A stretch of DNA of 64,000 nucleotides from NCBI GenBank assembly GCA_026016205.1, contig CP061209.1, positions 448,433 through 512,432 on the forward strand, written 5' to 3'. The notes beneath the pieces were generated by a model, which saw nothing but the letters and a program-made list of their open reading frames with translations, had not been told where the DNA came from and did not search any database. The stretch comes from Methanosarcinales archaeon (GTDB lineage Archaea > Halobacteriota > UBA148 > JAUWXC01). How positions within the stretch are numbered: position 1 is the first letter of the stretch; each line of letters starts with the position of its first letter. Shown one piece after another: positions 41,563 through 50,758 of this stretch. A program made the position numbers and the translations under genes.

Positions 41563-42542
41563 GCTAACACCTTCCTCACCGGCTCCAAAATTTTGTTCAT
41601 ATATTCAACAGCGCAATTCTTAACATCTAGTGGATGTACTGCCCCCGATATATAATCCCCCTCCAGATCCGTATATTGCGTGTAATGCAGGTCGCCGCCA
41701 AATTTGGGTGGGCGCTTGATGACTGCCTCGGAGAATCGGGGGAAGATGTGATGCTTGAATAGCTCCAACACAGGATTATCTTTGGTCTGCTTTGAAGGAC
41801 AAAAAGCGCTGCTAATTTTTCTCTGAACGTCTTCTGGCGAATCGTCAACAGATATGTAATTGCCCTTTGATGAGGACATCTTTGCCCCATCCAATCCTAC
41901 TAAAATGGGTGTATGTATACAAATGGGCGCTTCTAAACCTATCTTTGGCAAAACCTCTCGTGCGAGCATGTGAATCTTGCGCTGGTCCATGCCACCTACT
42001 GCAACGTCTATACCAAGCTCGATTATATCTGCAACCTGCAGGATAGGATAGATTATATGAGAAGCTTTCATATTAGCAGGATCCCTGGCCAGGAGCATCA
42101 TGCTCCTTATAGCTCTTTTTTCAGGAATGCGTTGCATTAACTTTTGCCACCGCATTTGATATTTAGGGGTCATTTGAAAACCGTCTTTATCTGAAAAACC
42201 ACATTCGTCTGAGCCGCCAAGCACGAATGTTGTCTTAGCTAGATCGAGTCCCAGAGCCACAAATGCCCTTTTATTTTCTCTTGCCATTTCCCGAATTTCT
42301 TCAAGTTCCCCTTTTTCATTTAAATATGCATGCAAATCCGCCAAGAGTATCGTTATATCAAATCCAGCATTTTGCAAATCGATTAATTTGTTCACAGTAA
42401 GGACATGTCCCATGTGGATTTTTCCAGATGGCTCATAGCCCGCATATGCTCTTGGATGTTTTTTGGTGGCTAGCAATGTTTGAAGCCCGTCAAGTGTAAC
42501 AACTTCTTCGACGTTCCTCGTTATCAGCGCAAGTTTATCCAT
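41559..42542 (-). CDS. tyrS: Tyrosyl-tRNA synthetase
   Basis: [30 protein letters not shown]. Confidence 0.96.
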   Translation of the reverse strand: MDKLALITRNVEEVVTLDGLQTLLATKKHPRAYAGYEPSGKIHMGHVLTVNKLIDLQNAGFDITILLADLHAYLNEKGELEEIREMARENKRAFVALGLDLAKTTFVLGGSDECGFSDKDGFQMTPKYQMRWQKLMQRIPEKRAIRSMMLLARDPANMKASHIIYPILQVADIIELGIDVAVGGMDQRKIHMLAREVLPKIGLEAPICIHTPILVGLDGAKMSSSKGNYISVDDSPEDVQRKISSAFCPSKQTKDNPVLELFKHHIFPRFSEAVIKRPPKFGGDLHYTQYTDLEGDYISGAVHPLDVKNCAVEYMNKILEPVRKVLA

Positions 42543-42649
42543 TTGAATCTACCTAAAGGAGGTTGGCAACCGTTTTAATGTTTTGCCTACGTTGATGGGG
42601 GTTAAGATAAATACTTTAATCATCAGAGGAAATAACGTTTTTAGGAGAT

Positions 42650-43981
42650 ATGATGGCAATTCACCCAATTGAATACCGATACGGCACACAAGAGATGAAA
42701 GAGATTTGGACCGAGAATGCCAGGCTTCGCAAGTTTTTAGAGGTTGAGGCTGCGCTGGCAAAAGCAGAGGCAGATATTGGATTGATTCCCAAAAAATCCG
42801 CAAAAACTATCAGCGCCAGCGTAAACAAAGTCAAGGTTGAACGGGTCAAGGATATCGAGGATAAAATTAGGCACGATGTAATGGCCATGATTCTGGCGCT
42901 TGCAGAGGTGTGCGGCGATGATGGCAAGTGGGTTCACTTTGGTGCTACTTCTAATGATATAACAGATACAGGGCTTGCACTTCAATTCAGAGATGCTACA
43001 GCGCTCTTGGAAGAAAAACTGAAGAGATTAAGAAGCGTGCTGCTCGGCCAGGCCAAAAAGCACAAGTCTACGGTCTGTGCAGGCAGGACGCATGGGCAGA
43101 TTGGCATTCCAACCACATACGGACTCAGATTCGCTATTTGGGCATGCGAGGTTGAGAGGCATCTTCAGCGCTTGGAAGAGTTGAAGCCCCGCATTCTCGT
43201 GGGCCAGATGAGCGGTGCCGTAGGCACTGGAGCTGCTTTCGGTCCCTCTGCAAGAGAGGTTGAAAAAAGGACGATGAAATATCTTGGATTGGGTGCCGTT
43301 GACGCGTCAAACCAGGTCATACAACGCGATAGACATGCAGAATATGTGTTATTCCTGGCAAATGTCGCCACCACACTCGACAAAATATGCATTGAAGTGA
43401 GGAACTTGCAGCGCAGCGAGATCGCTGAAGTTGAAGAAGAATTTGGCAGAGGGCAGGTTGGCTCGTCCACGATGCCGCACAAGCGCAATCCTATTAAATC
43501 AGAGCAGGTATGCGGCCTTGCGAGGGTGATAAGGGGGCACGTCGAGCCTGCCCTGTTGAACAACACGCTCTGGGATGAACGCGACCTTACAAATTCATCC
43601 TGTGAGCGAATCATCCTTCCAGAATCGACGATTCTCACTGACCATGTCCTCAAACTAACGGCAGACGCACTCGAAAACCTGAGATTCAATCATGAGAACA
43701 TCAAGAGAAACCTCGCGATGCTGAAAGGGCTGAACATGGCAGAAGCGGTGATGATAGGGCTTGCAAGGAAAGGTGTCGGCCGCCAGGATGCGCATGAAAT
43801 CATAAGAGACTGTGCCATGAAAGCGCGCGAAACCGGCGAGCACATGAAGGACGTCCTGTGCAAGGAGCCGAGAATAACCAAATATCTCGCGCCAGATGAG
43901 ATAGAGCGATTGATGAACCCAGAGAACTATCTTGGCAATGCAGTAGAGCGTGTCGAAGAAATCGTGAAGAGGTTGAGATAA
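42650..43981 (+). CDS. purB: Adenylosuccinate lyase
   Basis: HFGATSND, GRTHGQ, GSSTMPHKRNP. Confidence 0.96.
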   Translation: MMAIHPIEYRYGTQEMKEIWTENARLRKFLEVEAALAKAEADIGLIPKKSAKTISASVNKVKVERVKDIEDKIRHDVMAMILALAEVCGDDGKWVHFGATSNDITDTGLALQFRDATALLEEKLKRLRSVLLGQAKKHKSTVCAGRTHGQIGIPTTYGLRFAIWACEVERHLQRLEELKPRILVGQMSGAVGTGAAFGPSAREVEKRTMKYLGLGAVDASNQVIQRDRHAEYVLFLANVATTLDKICIEVRNLQRSEIAEVEEEFGRGQVGSSTMPHKRNPIKSEQVCGLARVIRGHVEPALLNNTLWDERDLTNSSCERIILPESTILTDHVLKLTADALENLRFNHENIKRNLAMLKGLNMAEAVMIGLARKGVGRQDAHEIIRDCAMKARETGEHMKDVLCKEPRITKYLAPDEIERLMNPENYLGNAVERVEEIVKRLR

Positions 43982-44847
43982 ATGCCAGAAAATATAGAAT
44001 CCATATTGAAAAACGGATTTGACGCATGGAAGAAGAACCTGAACATCTGCATACCTTTCATCTTGAACATAATAGGCATAGCAATACTTGCCGTTGTGAC
44101 TGCGCTAGTGGCGATTGCAACAATAATAGGGCCATTAATGCCAATATCTCCAGAGGAAGTGACACCATGGCTGTTGCTCGGTCAAATTCGGCCAATGGCA
44201 GGCATAATCGTGCTGCTGTTCATCGTCTTCATTATTCTGGCAGGCCTGATTGGTGCTTTCTTTTCAGCAGGAGCCATCGGGATGGCGAAGAAGGCAAATA
44301 AGGGCAAAAGAGCCACGCTATCAGACATGGTCGAGCACGGGAAAAGAGTTTCATATCCGTGTTCTTTGCCGATATCATCGTTTTCTTGATTGTACTCATT
44401 GGACTTATCTTTGTAATCCCAGGGCTTTTGTACACGCCCATAGATGTGCTAGTATCAACTCCATGGTCATCCTTATCGTTCATTGGAGGCGTTTTTGCCT
44501 TCGCACTATATGTCATCATCATGAGCGTCGTATTCGTCGCGGTGAAATATGTAATTGTCATTGACAACATCGGCGCAATCCAAGGAATCAAGAAGGGCGT
44601 GGGCTTTTTCTGGGACAATAAACTAAGCGTGCTTATGCTATGGATTGTCATGATGGCGATTTCAATTGGCCTCCTCATAATCTCCTGGATAATGGAGATG
44701 ATACCTTACATGGTGTTCATCTGGCCAATGATCAACATGATGCTGTCCATAGTCGTCATAGCGCCCCTGACCATTGTATGGTGGGCTCGCCTGTATATAG
44801 ATAGGACTGAGGAGCGCGTTGCAAAGGTAGAAGAGCAGGTGGCTTAG
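43982..44847 (+). pseudogene. Multi-TM membrane protein split by a 1-nt deletion (ORFs 43982-44389 and 44359-44847)
   Basis: Adding one A at 44342-44345 gives continuous ...EHGKKSFISVFFADII..., matching the layout of the 46708-47475 protein. Confidence 0.7.
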
Positions 44848-44860
44848 CGAAATTATTCTC

Positions 44861-45292
44861 CTATTTGATTTCCAACTTACCCGGGGCGTATCTTTCCACG
44901 GCTTTGATGAATCCCTCTGGATCTCGGACAAGTATCCAACCAGGGCTCGAAAGAAGGCCCCATTTGCCATATTTAAAGCAGACCGCTCTTCCCCGGACTT
45001 TTATCCTCGCTATTTTCTCAAAGGAATACAAAATTCCTGCTTGAAGCAGAACAGATCCTTTGAACAGTATGCCGTATTCTTTAACTGCAAGCCTGCCGAA
45101 TATAGTGTTCAACCAGAACATGATGGCGAAAAAGCAGACGATGCTGGGGATTGCAAATATGGCTCCTCCCATCTCGTCGTACAGCGATATCGCACCATAC
45201 GTCAGTCCAATCCCGAAGATGGTGAAGAATGCACCGCATATGGGCATCCAGATGCTGCATGCCCACCCTTTGTGTTCGTTATTTCGTTTCAT
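44861..45292 (-). CDS. Hypothetical membrane protein (2 TM plus small beta-rich domain)
   Basis: ORF in co-oriented run; hydropathy pattern. Confidence 0.65.
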   Translation of the reverse strand: MKRNNEHKGWACSIWMPICGAFFTIFGIGLTYGAISLYDEMGGAIFAIPSIVCFFAIMFWLNTIFGRLAVKEYGILFKGSVLLQAGILYSFEKIARIKVRGRAVCFKYGKWGLLSSPGWILVRDPEGFIKAVERYAPGKLEIK

Positions 45293-45316
45293 ATGACCTA
45301 TATTTTTTCTTTTATT

Positions 45317-45736
45317 CTACCCTCTCTTCTGCTTACTCAACACGTACATGAAGCTCAGTCCCATGGACGCTACAGCCCAGCTGACCATCAAGACCATGTA
45401 TAAGTGTACCAACATCATCTCGCTCATGGTCAATTCAACCGGGAAGAGATTACTGAACGAGAACATCACCGTACCTGCTACTAAACAATATGCGAAATAT
45501 TGGTGACGCTTCTCCTTGAAGAATTCATTGAAATGCATTTTGCGTCGAAGTTCTGCCTCTGTAACCAAGCTGTAACCGAGCAAGCCCACTGTGATGCTTC
45601 CGCAAATCAAGAACGTTATGGTCCAGGGCAGTACCAAGATGGACTCAAAGTCAACGCTAGCAAACCACATCATCGAGAATGTGATCAGTCCACCTAACAC
45701 GCTTCCTGCCAATCCAACTTTCATAGGTTTTTTCAA
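45317..45736 (-). CDS. Hypothetical 4-TM membrane protein
   Basis: TTG start after GGAGGT SD; four hydrophobic segments. Confidence 0.65.
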   Translation of the reverse strand: MKKPMKVGLAGSVLGGLITFSMMWFASVDFESILVLPWTITFLICGSITVGLLGYSLVTEAELRRKMHFNEFFKEKRHQYFAYCLVAGTVMFSFSNLFPVELTMSEMMLVHLYMVLMVSWAVASMGLSFMYVLSKQKRG

Positions 45737-45755
45737 TTTATTACCTCCTTTTAGT

Positions 45756-46010
45756 TCATTCTTGTTTCCCAAGTTTATACCAGTGATATGCCCATAGTGG
45801 CACGCCAACAATTATTTGCGCTAAGCCTCTAACGAACCCGTACTCGTAGTGCGGATATGATCCATAGGTCGGTGGTGGATAGACGTATACTTTGAGAAGA
45901 ACATTGAGTACTTCTATGGCACCTATTACGGTTAGGATCATCCCAATAAAGCAGACGAGATACAGGTATGCTCGTCCAACATTTATGCTGTCAGGTATCT
46001 TCCAACCCAT
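45756..46010 (-). CDS. Small membrane protein, DUF5671-like
   Basis: YLYLVCFIGM...IIVGVPLWAYHW; GGTGA SD. Confidence 0.7.
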   Translation of the reverse strand: MGWKIPDSINVGRAYLYLVCFIGMILTVIGAIEVLNVLLKVYVYPPPTYGSYPHYEYGFVRGLAQIIVGVPLWAYHWYKLGKQE

Positions 46011-46056
46011 TTATATCACCACTCATAAAGAGAAGAAAAAGGAGTGGACGTTTCGC

Positions 46057-46611
46057 CTACCTCCTCTTTTGAACCATATACAATGCTGCTACCACTAACC
46101 CCACAATCGCTGAGATTCCCATGAAGCCTGGCGTTGGTGGTGTTGTATCCACCCGGTATGTCACAAATTCCGGCTCCCCGTATGGTGTTGGCGTCTCTGG
46201 TTCCGGCGCTAAATTCACGCGCCCCCATCCTTTGACCACGACCTTCTCTCCCTCAAAAATAAATATCTCTATCGTATAGTCCTTGTCATTGGGTACCGTC
46301 AACGTGATGGATTCTTGTGCAGTGGTGCCTTTTTCAATTATGCCCATCTCCACTTCATTTCTGTTCATCGTCAGTCCAGTCTGTCGATCGACAGCTTTCG
46401 CCTGTATTTTCACGTCTTCGGCATCGGCATTACCGTTGTTGGTTATCATGGGAGTTATCTCTAGAGTTATTGTGCCGTCGCTCATCGACTTCTGTAGGAT
46501 ATCGACATCTTCTACGTTCAAATACGTCCCAGATTGTTGGCTAATACATCCACTTAGTACCACTGATCCAAGTAGGATCAACATTAGAATTACCCCGAAT
46601 ACTCGTCTCAT
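46057..46611 (-). CDS. Lipoprotein-like Ig-fold protein with PGF-CTERM
   Basis: Lipobox LSGC; C-terminal TPGF plus TM plus KRR; GGAGG SD. Confidence 0.8.
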   Translation of the reverse strand: MRRVFGVILMLILLGSVVLSGCISQQSGTYLNVEDVDILQKSMSDGTITLEITPMITNNGNADAEDVKIQAKAVDRQTGLTMNRNEVEMGIIEKGTTAQESITLTVPNDKDYTIEIFIFEGEKVVVKGWGRVNLAPEPETPTPYGEPEFVTYRVDTTPPTPGFMGISAIVGLVVAALYMVQKRR

Positions 46612-46707
46612 ATAAGTGCCTCCTATGAGTTGATGTTTAATTAATACTTCTTATCGTTTTTCGTTAGAAGATACTGTCGCAAAATTTAACGCAAGCGTGA
46701 AGCGTGA

Positions 46708-47475
46708 TCATTTTACCCCAAGTGCATACTCGGCATAGAAGACCGCATGGAATGTGTAAAGTATCGCGTTGCTAAGCGTTGCGAAGAGCAGGTTGGCTGC
46801 CAGAAGCACATTCTGAGCTGCAGGAAATATCATCATAAACATGGGTGTAGTGAGAACGAAGAAGATAAACATCCGAAGGACATTGTATCCGACTGCTGAA
46901 ACAAATCTGCTTTTGACGAAGGCAAAACTCTTCTTGAAAGATTCAACCACGCCGTAACCGCTGAGCACGATGCCGACGTCAAAGAACAGGATGAAAATGA
47001 GAACGACCACCGGTATCAGTGCCATCGCAATTCCCAGGACAGTCATTGCGGCCAATGCGGCAATCGGGGAGAACGGCAGTAGTATAGGTAGTAGTATAAT
47101 TGATACAATGAAAATCCCTCCAAAAACGACCCCCACTATAACAGCCACAATTATTAGGAAGAGGACATAACCGAGGAGCAGCCTGACGTAATTCCTTTTA
47201 CCCTCTCTGATGAACGTTGAAAAACTTGTCGCACCGGTCTTTCTCGCCTCCCCTGCCATTCCCAGGATACCTGCCATGAAGAACGGCATGGTCAGTATCG
47301 TAAAAAGCGCGTATAGGAGTATTCCCGGCAGCAAGGACCGCATGGATTCTAGAGTGACTTCTTGCGTGGGAATAAATGGGGTTCCAAGCAATGCAAGGAT
47401 GAATGTCACCCCCAGTATGACCGGATTATCCCGAATGATGCCCAATGATCGTTTCAACGCACCTATTACACTCAT
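46708..47475 (-). CDS. Multi-TM membrane protein of unknown function
   Basis: About 6 TM segments; AGGTGA SD. Confidence 0.75.
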   Translation of the reverse strand: MSVIGALKRSLGIIRDNPVILGVTFILALLGTPFIPTQEVTLESMRSLLPGILLYALFTILTMPFFMAGILGMAGEARKTGATSFSTFIREGKRNYVRLLLGYVLFLIIVAVIVGVVFGGIFIVSIILLPILLPFSPIAALAAMTVLGIAMALIPVVVLIFILFFDVGIVLSGYGVVESFKKSFAFVKSRFVSAVGYNVLRMFIFFVLTTPMFMMIFPAAQNVLLAANLLFATLSNAILYTFHAVFYAEYALGVK

Positions 47476-47596
47476 TTAATCACCTGAGTTTTTTTATTTC
47501 CCCACAACGTTAAAAACATATCGAATTCCTGCTCTGATTATTGCACCGATTTCCCATTTCTTCATTTGTCCCCTCGACTTCAAACCCACTCTGCCC

Positions 47597-47785
47597 TTAG
47601 TATTTCCTTCCTACAAAGTAATATATCCCAACACCGATTATTCCTAAGAACAGACAAACCAAGATCCATACTATCTTCCTCAATAAATCTAAGTCCTCAC
47701 GCTTCACAATGTCCACTATTGCCCATATTAAAATGAGAATTATTAGCGAGATTATTACCAATTCAACATATCCAATCCCAATCAT
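47597..47785 (-). CDS. Small membrane protein, PLDc_N-like
   Basis: WAIVDIVKR...KIVWIL...IIGVGIYYFVGR. Confidence 0.75.
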   Translation of the reverse strand: MIGIGYVELVIISLIILILIWAIVDIVKREDLDLLRKIVWILVCLFLGIIGVGIYYFVGRKY

Positions 47786-47845
47786 TTAATCACCTTGTAA
47801 TATTTTAAAGCCACTTAATTCTCCAGTTTTTTATTTTGCCACCTC

Positions 47846-49411
47846 TCACGTCAGTTGTGGAATTATGCTTACACTTTCATTCTCAAACAACTCGATTCTC
47901 TGCTTCTCTTGACCATTCTGGTAGATTATTACAACTGCCGTCACATTCACTCCTGGCTTTATTTCTGGTTGTATTGCATACTGCCCTTCGACAAATTGTC
48001 TGATTGCACTATCCGTTTCCAATTTAACTACATCTGTCGTTATCGAGTCTACCATCGTCGTGTATGCAATCCCCGAACCATCGTTTGGGATAACTCTAAC
48101 TTCCCAGTATAACTTTCCTTGGCTCACCATTGGGATTGGCTCGGCGGGCATCATCCTGCTCCAATCCACTATTGGATTGGCTTTTCTAACGTAGTCACAA
48201 GCCTTAACTGGCCCAACTAATGTTTCTGCCTTTGGGCATTCATTTAACTGAATATCTCCAGTCCTGGCATCTAGAAGGTATATCCTGTAGATACCATGTG
48301 CCCCACCGAATGGTTCACATCCGATGAACCATTTCATCCCCTGCTTGGTAACTACAAGGAACGGTTGCTCATTTTGCTGTCCAGGTATCTCAGCTATCTC
48401 AAGTTCTTCATGATGATAGAGCAGCTTGTTGGCAATGCCATGAGTATACCTGAAGCTGTTGACGTAATATCTGGTCAAACGCTCAGGATATAGTTTCTGA
48501 TCCTCCAGAACAGGATGTTCTAAAGCCTGTTGTGGAGTTAAGAACTCGATCTCCCCGTTAGAATCAATCAATGCAACTCCTGCCCACTTTGGAACGGTGA
48601 AAAGCGTTGGAAATCGCCAGTGATACTCATATGAAACCATTGGAATGGCTATGTACAATCCTTGATCGGTGGAAACAAAATACGGGTCCTCATAATCTAC
48701 CCAGTATCCCTGCTTATACAACTTCCATTTGTACCAATCACTTATTCCCATCCCAAGACCTATTTGCATATCCTGCTCGACTATGTGCGTGTTTTTAGTG
48801 GAAGTATCCATAGCTACATACACTGCCCCCTTATCCTTGAGGATGAAGAAGTTGATTGCACCATCCGGTATGAGCGGGGATACCCAATAAGGTGTTTTAT
48901 TTATGAATGAAATATCCATCGTTCCCAGGGTAAATCTTGGATATTGAAGTGCATCCATAGCATATCTCTCAGCTACGACTTTCGGCATAATTCTGATCGC
49001 GGTTGGGTCCATGTCTGGTAACCCTGCTATTTCTGTGACACGTAAATGTGAGGCCAGATAGCACTGAGGATACACCACTTGTAAGGAGCCAAGGATTAAC
49101 CAGCCAAGAATTACTATGATGACTGCAGCAACCAGTATTGCATCATTTTGCCCCCTTATTACCTTCTCAGCTCTACCTACTACGACTCCTTTCACTGCCA
49201 CACAGACTATTCCTGCCAATACTAATGCTTCCCAGAAAGCGGGATTGCGATACACATACATGAAGGGGTGATGCCACAGCGATCTACTGAACCAAATTAA
49301 CCAAGCGAAAAGAGCCAGGATGGTTGCATATAAAAATACTGCAGGCATCTTACCCCATAATTTTTTCCTTGTCTCATCTTCTTTGCTGGTCATTTTTGCC
49401 ACTTCCCTCAC
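47846..49411 (-). CDS. Hypothetical protein: 3 TM plus large extracytoplasmic domain
   Basis: 521-codon ORF; start GTG 49411 or ATG 49393. Confidence 0.8.
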   Translation of the reverse strand: MREVAKMTSKEDETRKKLWGKMPAVFLYATILALFAWLIWFSRSLWHHPFMYVYRNPAFWEALVLAGIVCVAVKGVVVGRAEKVIRGQNDAILVAAVIIVILGWLILGSLQVVYPQCYLASHLRVTEIAGLPDMDPTAIRIMPKVVAERYAMDALQYPRFTLGTMDISFINKTPYWVSPLIPDGAINFFILKDKGAVYVAMDTSTKNTHIVEQDMQIGLGMGISDWYKWKLYKQGYWVDYEDPYFVSTDQGLYIAIPMVSYEYHWRFPTLFTVPKWAGVALIDSNGEIEFLTPQQALEHPVLEDQKLYPERLTRYYVNSFRYTHGIANKLLYHHEELEIAEIPGQQNEQPFLVVTKQGMKWFIGCEPFGGAHGIYRIYLLDARTGDIQLNECPKAETLVGPVKACDYVRKANPIVDWSRMMPAEPIPMVSQGKLYWEVRVIPNDGSGIAYTTMVDSITTDVVKLETDSAIRQFVEGQYAIQPEIKPGVNVTAVVIIYQNGQEKQRIELFENESVSIIPQLT

Positions 49412-49607
49412 CTTTAAATCTCTATTTGCTTACTTTTATTATCACTCGAGGGTATTTGAAATTTACTAAATTTTCAATCTATTTGAAAGTTACAAAACTC
49501 GAGTATATAAAATGCTACAGCCCATGCAGTTCAGAAAGATACGGCGATCGAACAATTTACTGAAACAATAACAAAACTTTTCATTCCGCGCCACATAAGA
49601 GACGTTC

Positions 49608-50483
49608 ATGCGCGTTTCGCAATTGATAAGTGACGAGAGCGTCGCCAAAAACTTGCTCAGAAATGCTCTACAGAAAGCCGTTTACGAAAGACTTGAGCAA
49701 AAAGTCGGAATCGCATTCTCTGGTGGGATTGACAGTTCGTTAATAGCAGCACTGGCTAAGGGGAAATGGGGCGAGATAATATTATATTCTGTTGGATTGA
49801 AGGACTCACATGACGTGCACCAAGCAGCGCGCGCCGCAGAACTTTTGGGTTTGAAGGATTGCCTCCGCCTGAAAATTGTCACCCAAGATGAAATCGAATC
49901 ATATTTGCCAAAAGTCATAAAAGCCATAGGCAACGTTGACCCAACGCAAATCAGCATAGGAACACCTCTGTTCATCGCCGCGGAAAAGGCACACGACGAC
50001 GGCGTAAAGGTCATGCTATCCGGCCAGGGTGCAGACGAACTATTTGCAGGGTATCATCGCCACGCGAAAGCTTTTGAAAAGGGCGCAGAGGTTTTGCACC
50101 AGGAAATCATCAAGGGCATGCAAAACGTCGGTGAAGTTGACCTCAAGCGCGATACAGCAGTAATGGCCGTGAATTCCATAGAATTGCAAACGCCTTATCT
50201 GGACGATGCTGTTATAGAGGTCGGGCTCAAAATCGCGCCGGGGCTGAAAATACGAAAGATGGGCGAGGGATATAAGAATAAGTACATTTTAAGGAGATTA
50301 GCCGAGGATATCATGCCGCGCGAGATTGCCTGGAAAGATAAGAAGGCAGTACAATATGGCTCAGGCATTTACCGTGCAATGGACCGGCTGTCGCGTGCGC
50401 ATGGATATAAGGGCGTAGGCAGGGTGAAGCGCTATCTTATATCGATAGCAGAGAAATGCGACATTCCCGTGGAGGAGACATGA
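49608..50483 (+). CDS. Asparagine synthase-like protein, synthetase domain only
   Basis: AFSGGIDSS, LSGQGADELFAGY, KYILR, KKAVQYGSG; no N-terminal Cys glutaminase domain. Confidence 0.85.
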   Translation: MRVSQLISDESVAKNLLRNALQKAVYERLEQKVGIAFSGGIDSSLIAALAKGKWGEIILYSVGLKDSHDVHQAARAAELLGLKDCLRLKIVTQDEIESYLPKVIKAIGNVDPTQISIGTPLFIAAEKAHDDGVKVMLSGQGADELFAGYHRHAKAFEKGAEVLHQEIIKGMQNVGEVDLKRDTAVMAVNSIELQTPYLDDAVIEVGLKIAPGLKIRKMGEGYKNKYILRRLAEDIMPREIAWKDKKAVQYGSGIYRAMDRLSRAHGYKGVGRVKRYLISIAEKCDIPVEET

Positions 50484-50758
50484 TAGGCAAAAAAGATGTG
50501 GAGCACATAGGGTGGCTGGCAAGGATAAAACTGAGCGACGAAGAGAAAGAGGAGTTTACGGGACAGCTCAACACCATACTAGATTATTTTGCAAAACTGG
50601 ATGAAATCGATCCCGGTGTGGCGCCAACACATCATGTATCTGGAATCGAGAATGTCTTTCGAGACGACGTGATGAAGGAATCACTGAGTCAGGAAGATGT
50701 CCTGCGAAATGCACCCAGGAAAGAGGAAGGATTCTTCAAAGGCCCGAGGATTGTATGA
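50480..50758 (+). CDS. gatC: Asp/Glu-tRNA amidotransferase subunit C
   Basis: [19 protein letters not shown]...FFKGPRI. Confidence 0.92.
   Translation: MIGKKDVEHIGWLARIKLSDEEKEEFTGQLNTILDYFAKLDEIDPGVAPTHHVSGIENVFRDDVMKESLSQEDVLRNAPRKEEGFFKGPRIV

Noticed and set aside
42561..42571. Palindrome GGTTG-G-CAACC between tyrS and purB
   Set aside because: Only 5-bp arms and a single copy; expected by chance
44338..44348. Programmed -1 frameshift at GGGAAAA
   Set aside because: The heptamer is not in the X_XXY_YYZ phase of the upstream ORF
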